DNA of 63,702 nucleotides, counting the filler, from Atractiella rhizophila (Eukaryota): assembly GCA_021432655.1 (NCBI GenBank). It is 5 parts of 5 records of this genome, joined end to end, with 100 filler letters (N's around TTAATTAATTAA, not from the genome) between each part and the next. Parts side by side here need not be neighbours in the genome. Positions count along the whole stretch, not along the records: positions 61,050 to 63,702 come from MU271977.1; 4 more parts are not named here. One strand, given 5' to 3'. Shown here piece by piece: positions 61,941 to 63,702 of the stretch; the stretch's first letter is position 1; each line of letters opens with the position of its first letter. Both the position numbers and the translations under genes were made by a program. The notes beneath the pieces were generated by a model, which did no database searches, had not been told where the DNA came from, and saw only the letters and a program-made list of their open reading frames with translations.

Positions 61941-63536
61941 TTAAGCCTCGACGAGGAAGAAAGAGACGGTATCGGTAACGTCTCCGTAGACGTTGACGAA
62001 AGTCTCAAGGTCTCCAGTCACGTCGAGATCGCCAAAGGACAGGTTGTGGAAGATCGTAGCAGGGACCTCGGCTGCAGAAACCATCCGTGAATCCTCTATC
62101 GTTGGAGAAGAAGAGACTTACATCCGTCATCGTTGGTCCAGGTGACAGTGAGCTCACCAGTGGTGCAATCGATGTTCCAGATGGCAGACTCAGCGGGCTG
62201 TCCAGTCGGGTTATCAGTGACAGTCGCTGGAGCGGGAGCGTTCGCGGTAGCAGTGAGGAGTCCATATCTGTTCCCCCTTCAATAAACAACCAAATCTCCC
62301 ATTGGATCGACGAGGCGTACCCGGAGCTTCCAGGTCCCCAGTTCGAGCCAGAGAAACCAGAGGTGGAGCCGATGAAGGGCCAGTCGAATCCTTCCACGGC
62401 CAGGTTGAAGCCGGTCTTCTCTCCCGAAGGACGGGTGAAGGTGGCAGCTGCGTTGGCGTTGGAGGTGATGGTGAAAGTGGCGTAATCGGCTGTGNNNNNN
62501 NNNNNNNNNNNNNNNNNNNNNNNNNNNNNNNNNNNNNNNNNNNNNNNNNNNNNNNNNNNNNNNNNNNNNNNNNNNNNNNNNNNNNNNNNNNNNNNNNNNN
62601 NNNNNNNNNNNNNNNNNNNNNNNNNNNNNNNNNNNNNNNNNNNNNNNNNNNNNNNNNNNNNNNNNNNNNNNNNNNNNNNNNNNNNNNNNNNNNNNNNNNN
62701 NNNNNNNNNNNNNNNNNNNNNNNNNNNNNNNNNNNNNNNNNNNNNNNNNNNNNNNNNNNNNNNNNNNNNNNNNNNNNNNNNNNNNNNNNNNNNNNNNNNN
62801 NNNNNNNNNNNNNNNNNNNNNNNNNNNNNNNNNNNNNNNNNNNNNTCCACGGCCAGGTTGAAGCCGGTCTTCTCTCCCGAAGGACGGGTGAAGGTGGCAG
62901 CTGCGTTGGCGTTGGAGGTGATGGTGAAAGTGGCGTAATCGGCTGTGGAGATTGCGTTCAGTTGTGGAAGAAAGGAATGGTGGAAGTGAGGAGAGACGCA
63001 CTGAAGTCTTGGGAGACGTATCCCAGAGTTCCACTGTCGCTCACGACGACAATGTTACCGGTTTTCCTAATATCCCTTCCAAGTGAGCTTCAAACAACCT
63101 CCGTAAAGGATTTACTGACGGGCAAGTAGGAGTTCCGGAGGGTCCAGGGGTCCTCGCGGCTGCACGCACGTTGCGCGGTCAATCGCAGTTCAAAGCGGTG
63201 AAAGGAAATCGCACCCAATTCCTTATGGAAGTTCTTGAGCCTCCTAGGAGCATGCCTCTTGCTGCCACCGTGGCTGGGAGCGAAACCCCTCTCGAGGAGC
63301 TGAGCGTTCGTGAGGGGAGTGGTCTTGGCAAAGGTGGTCTTGGAGACGGTGCCGTCGTGGATGGCCTTGTTGAGTGCGAAGAGGTTGAACTCCCTGTCGA
63401 GGACGGGATGGGAGACTGGCTTTCCTCGAACGAGGTTGCTGTAGGTCGCAAAGTCGGACACTTTGCTGGTGGTGGTCGTGGCAGCAGACGCGACGGAGGC
63501 GAGGAGAGCGACGGAGACGGAAACGAAGGATTTCAT
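61941..63536 (-). CDS. Uncharacterised secreted protein interrupted by an assembly gap
   Basis: Signal peptide MKSFVSVSVALLASVASA, TNAQLLERG motif, C-terminal ESAIWNIDCTTGELTVTWTNDDG...DLETFVNVYG; spliced exons; stop at 61941-61943. Confidence 0.65.
62393..62947. other. N gap (62495-62845) flanked by an identical 102-bp sequence on both sides (unmerged contig overlap)
   Basis: 62393-62494 equals 62846-62947. Confidence 0.9.
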
Positions 63537-63702
63537 CTTGGCTTTCTTTTTCTATGGCAAAGGGCAAAGGGTGTTGCTGACTAGCTGTAAGTTCTATTTG
63601 ATAGAGAACGATTGTGGGGTGAAAAGAAAGACTGGTTTCGCTTCGGAAAGGCTCGAAAGGCGAACTGATTTTCTTCGACAGCGAAGGGATGAGAGGAGAG
63701 GA

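Noticed and set aside
62393..62947. Internal domain duplication in the secreted protein
   Set aside because: The 102-bp copies are identical and abut both gap edges; merging them restores one continuous exon, so this is an unmerged overlap.

Overview
Intron-rich fungal nuclear DNA (basidiomycete-like: ~50-60 nt introns with CTRAC branch sites; possibly Pucciniomycotina, species not determinable here). The window is not contiguous: four artificial 100-nt spacers (44 N + TTAATTAATTAA + 44 N at 16385, 32823, 49260, 60950) join five assembly pieces, and there are two true N gaps. I could splice about 30 genes by eye. They include TenA/Thi-4, Ada3, GRIP and GRAB golgins, a LIM protein, a divergent pair of paralogous bZIPs, an Ngl2-like nuclease, a YBL028C/DUF2423 protein, two thioredoxins, a GNAT, RPL39, CCT3, a Pcl-type cyclin, a SNF2/Rad5-like ATPase, Prp2/DHX16, a RING protein, tandem COX4 copies, a fungal-specific TF, CRIPT and a secreted protein. 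The best candidate for an undescribed system is a set of four secreted Egh16/DUF3129-like genes. One of them (38254-41285) has lost the family's N-terminal His and gained a tail of six Lys-Arg-delimited Pro/Asn-rich peptides built from tandemly duplicated exon-intron modules, i.e. a putative Egh16 domain fused to a Kex2-processed repeat precursor. Other highlights are the head-to-head bZIP paralogues with CRE sites between them, unusually long structured introns in CCT3 and the DUF2423 gene (ncRNA candidates), a 1.4-kb COX4 tandem duplication and a ~98-bp satellite. All gene models are manual and unverified by database search.
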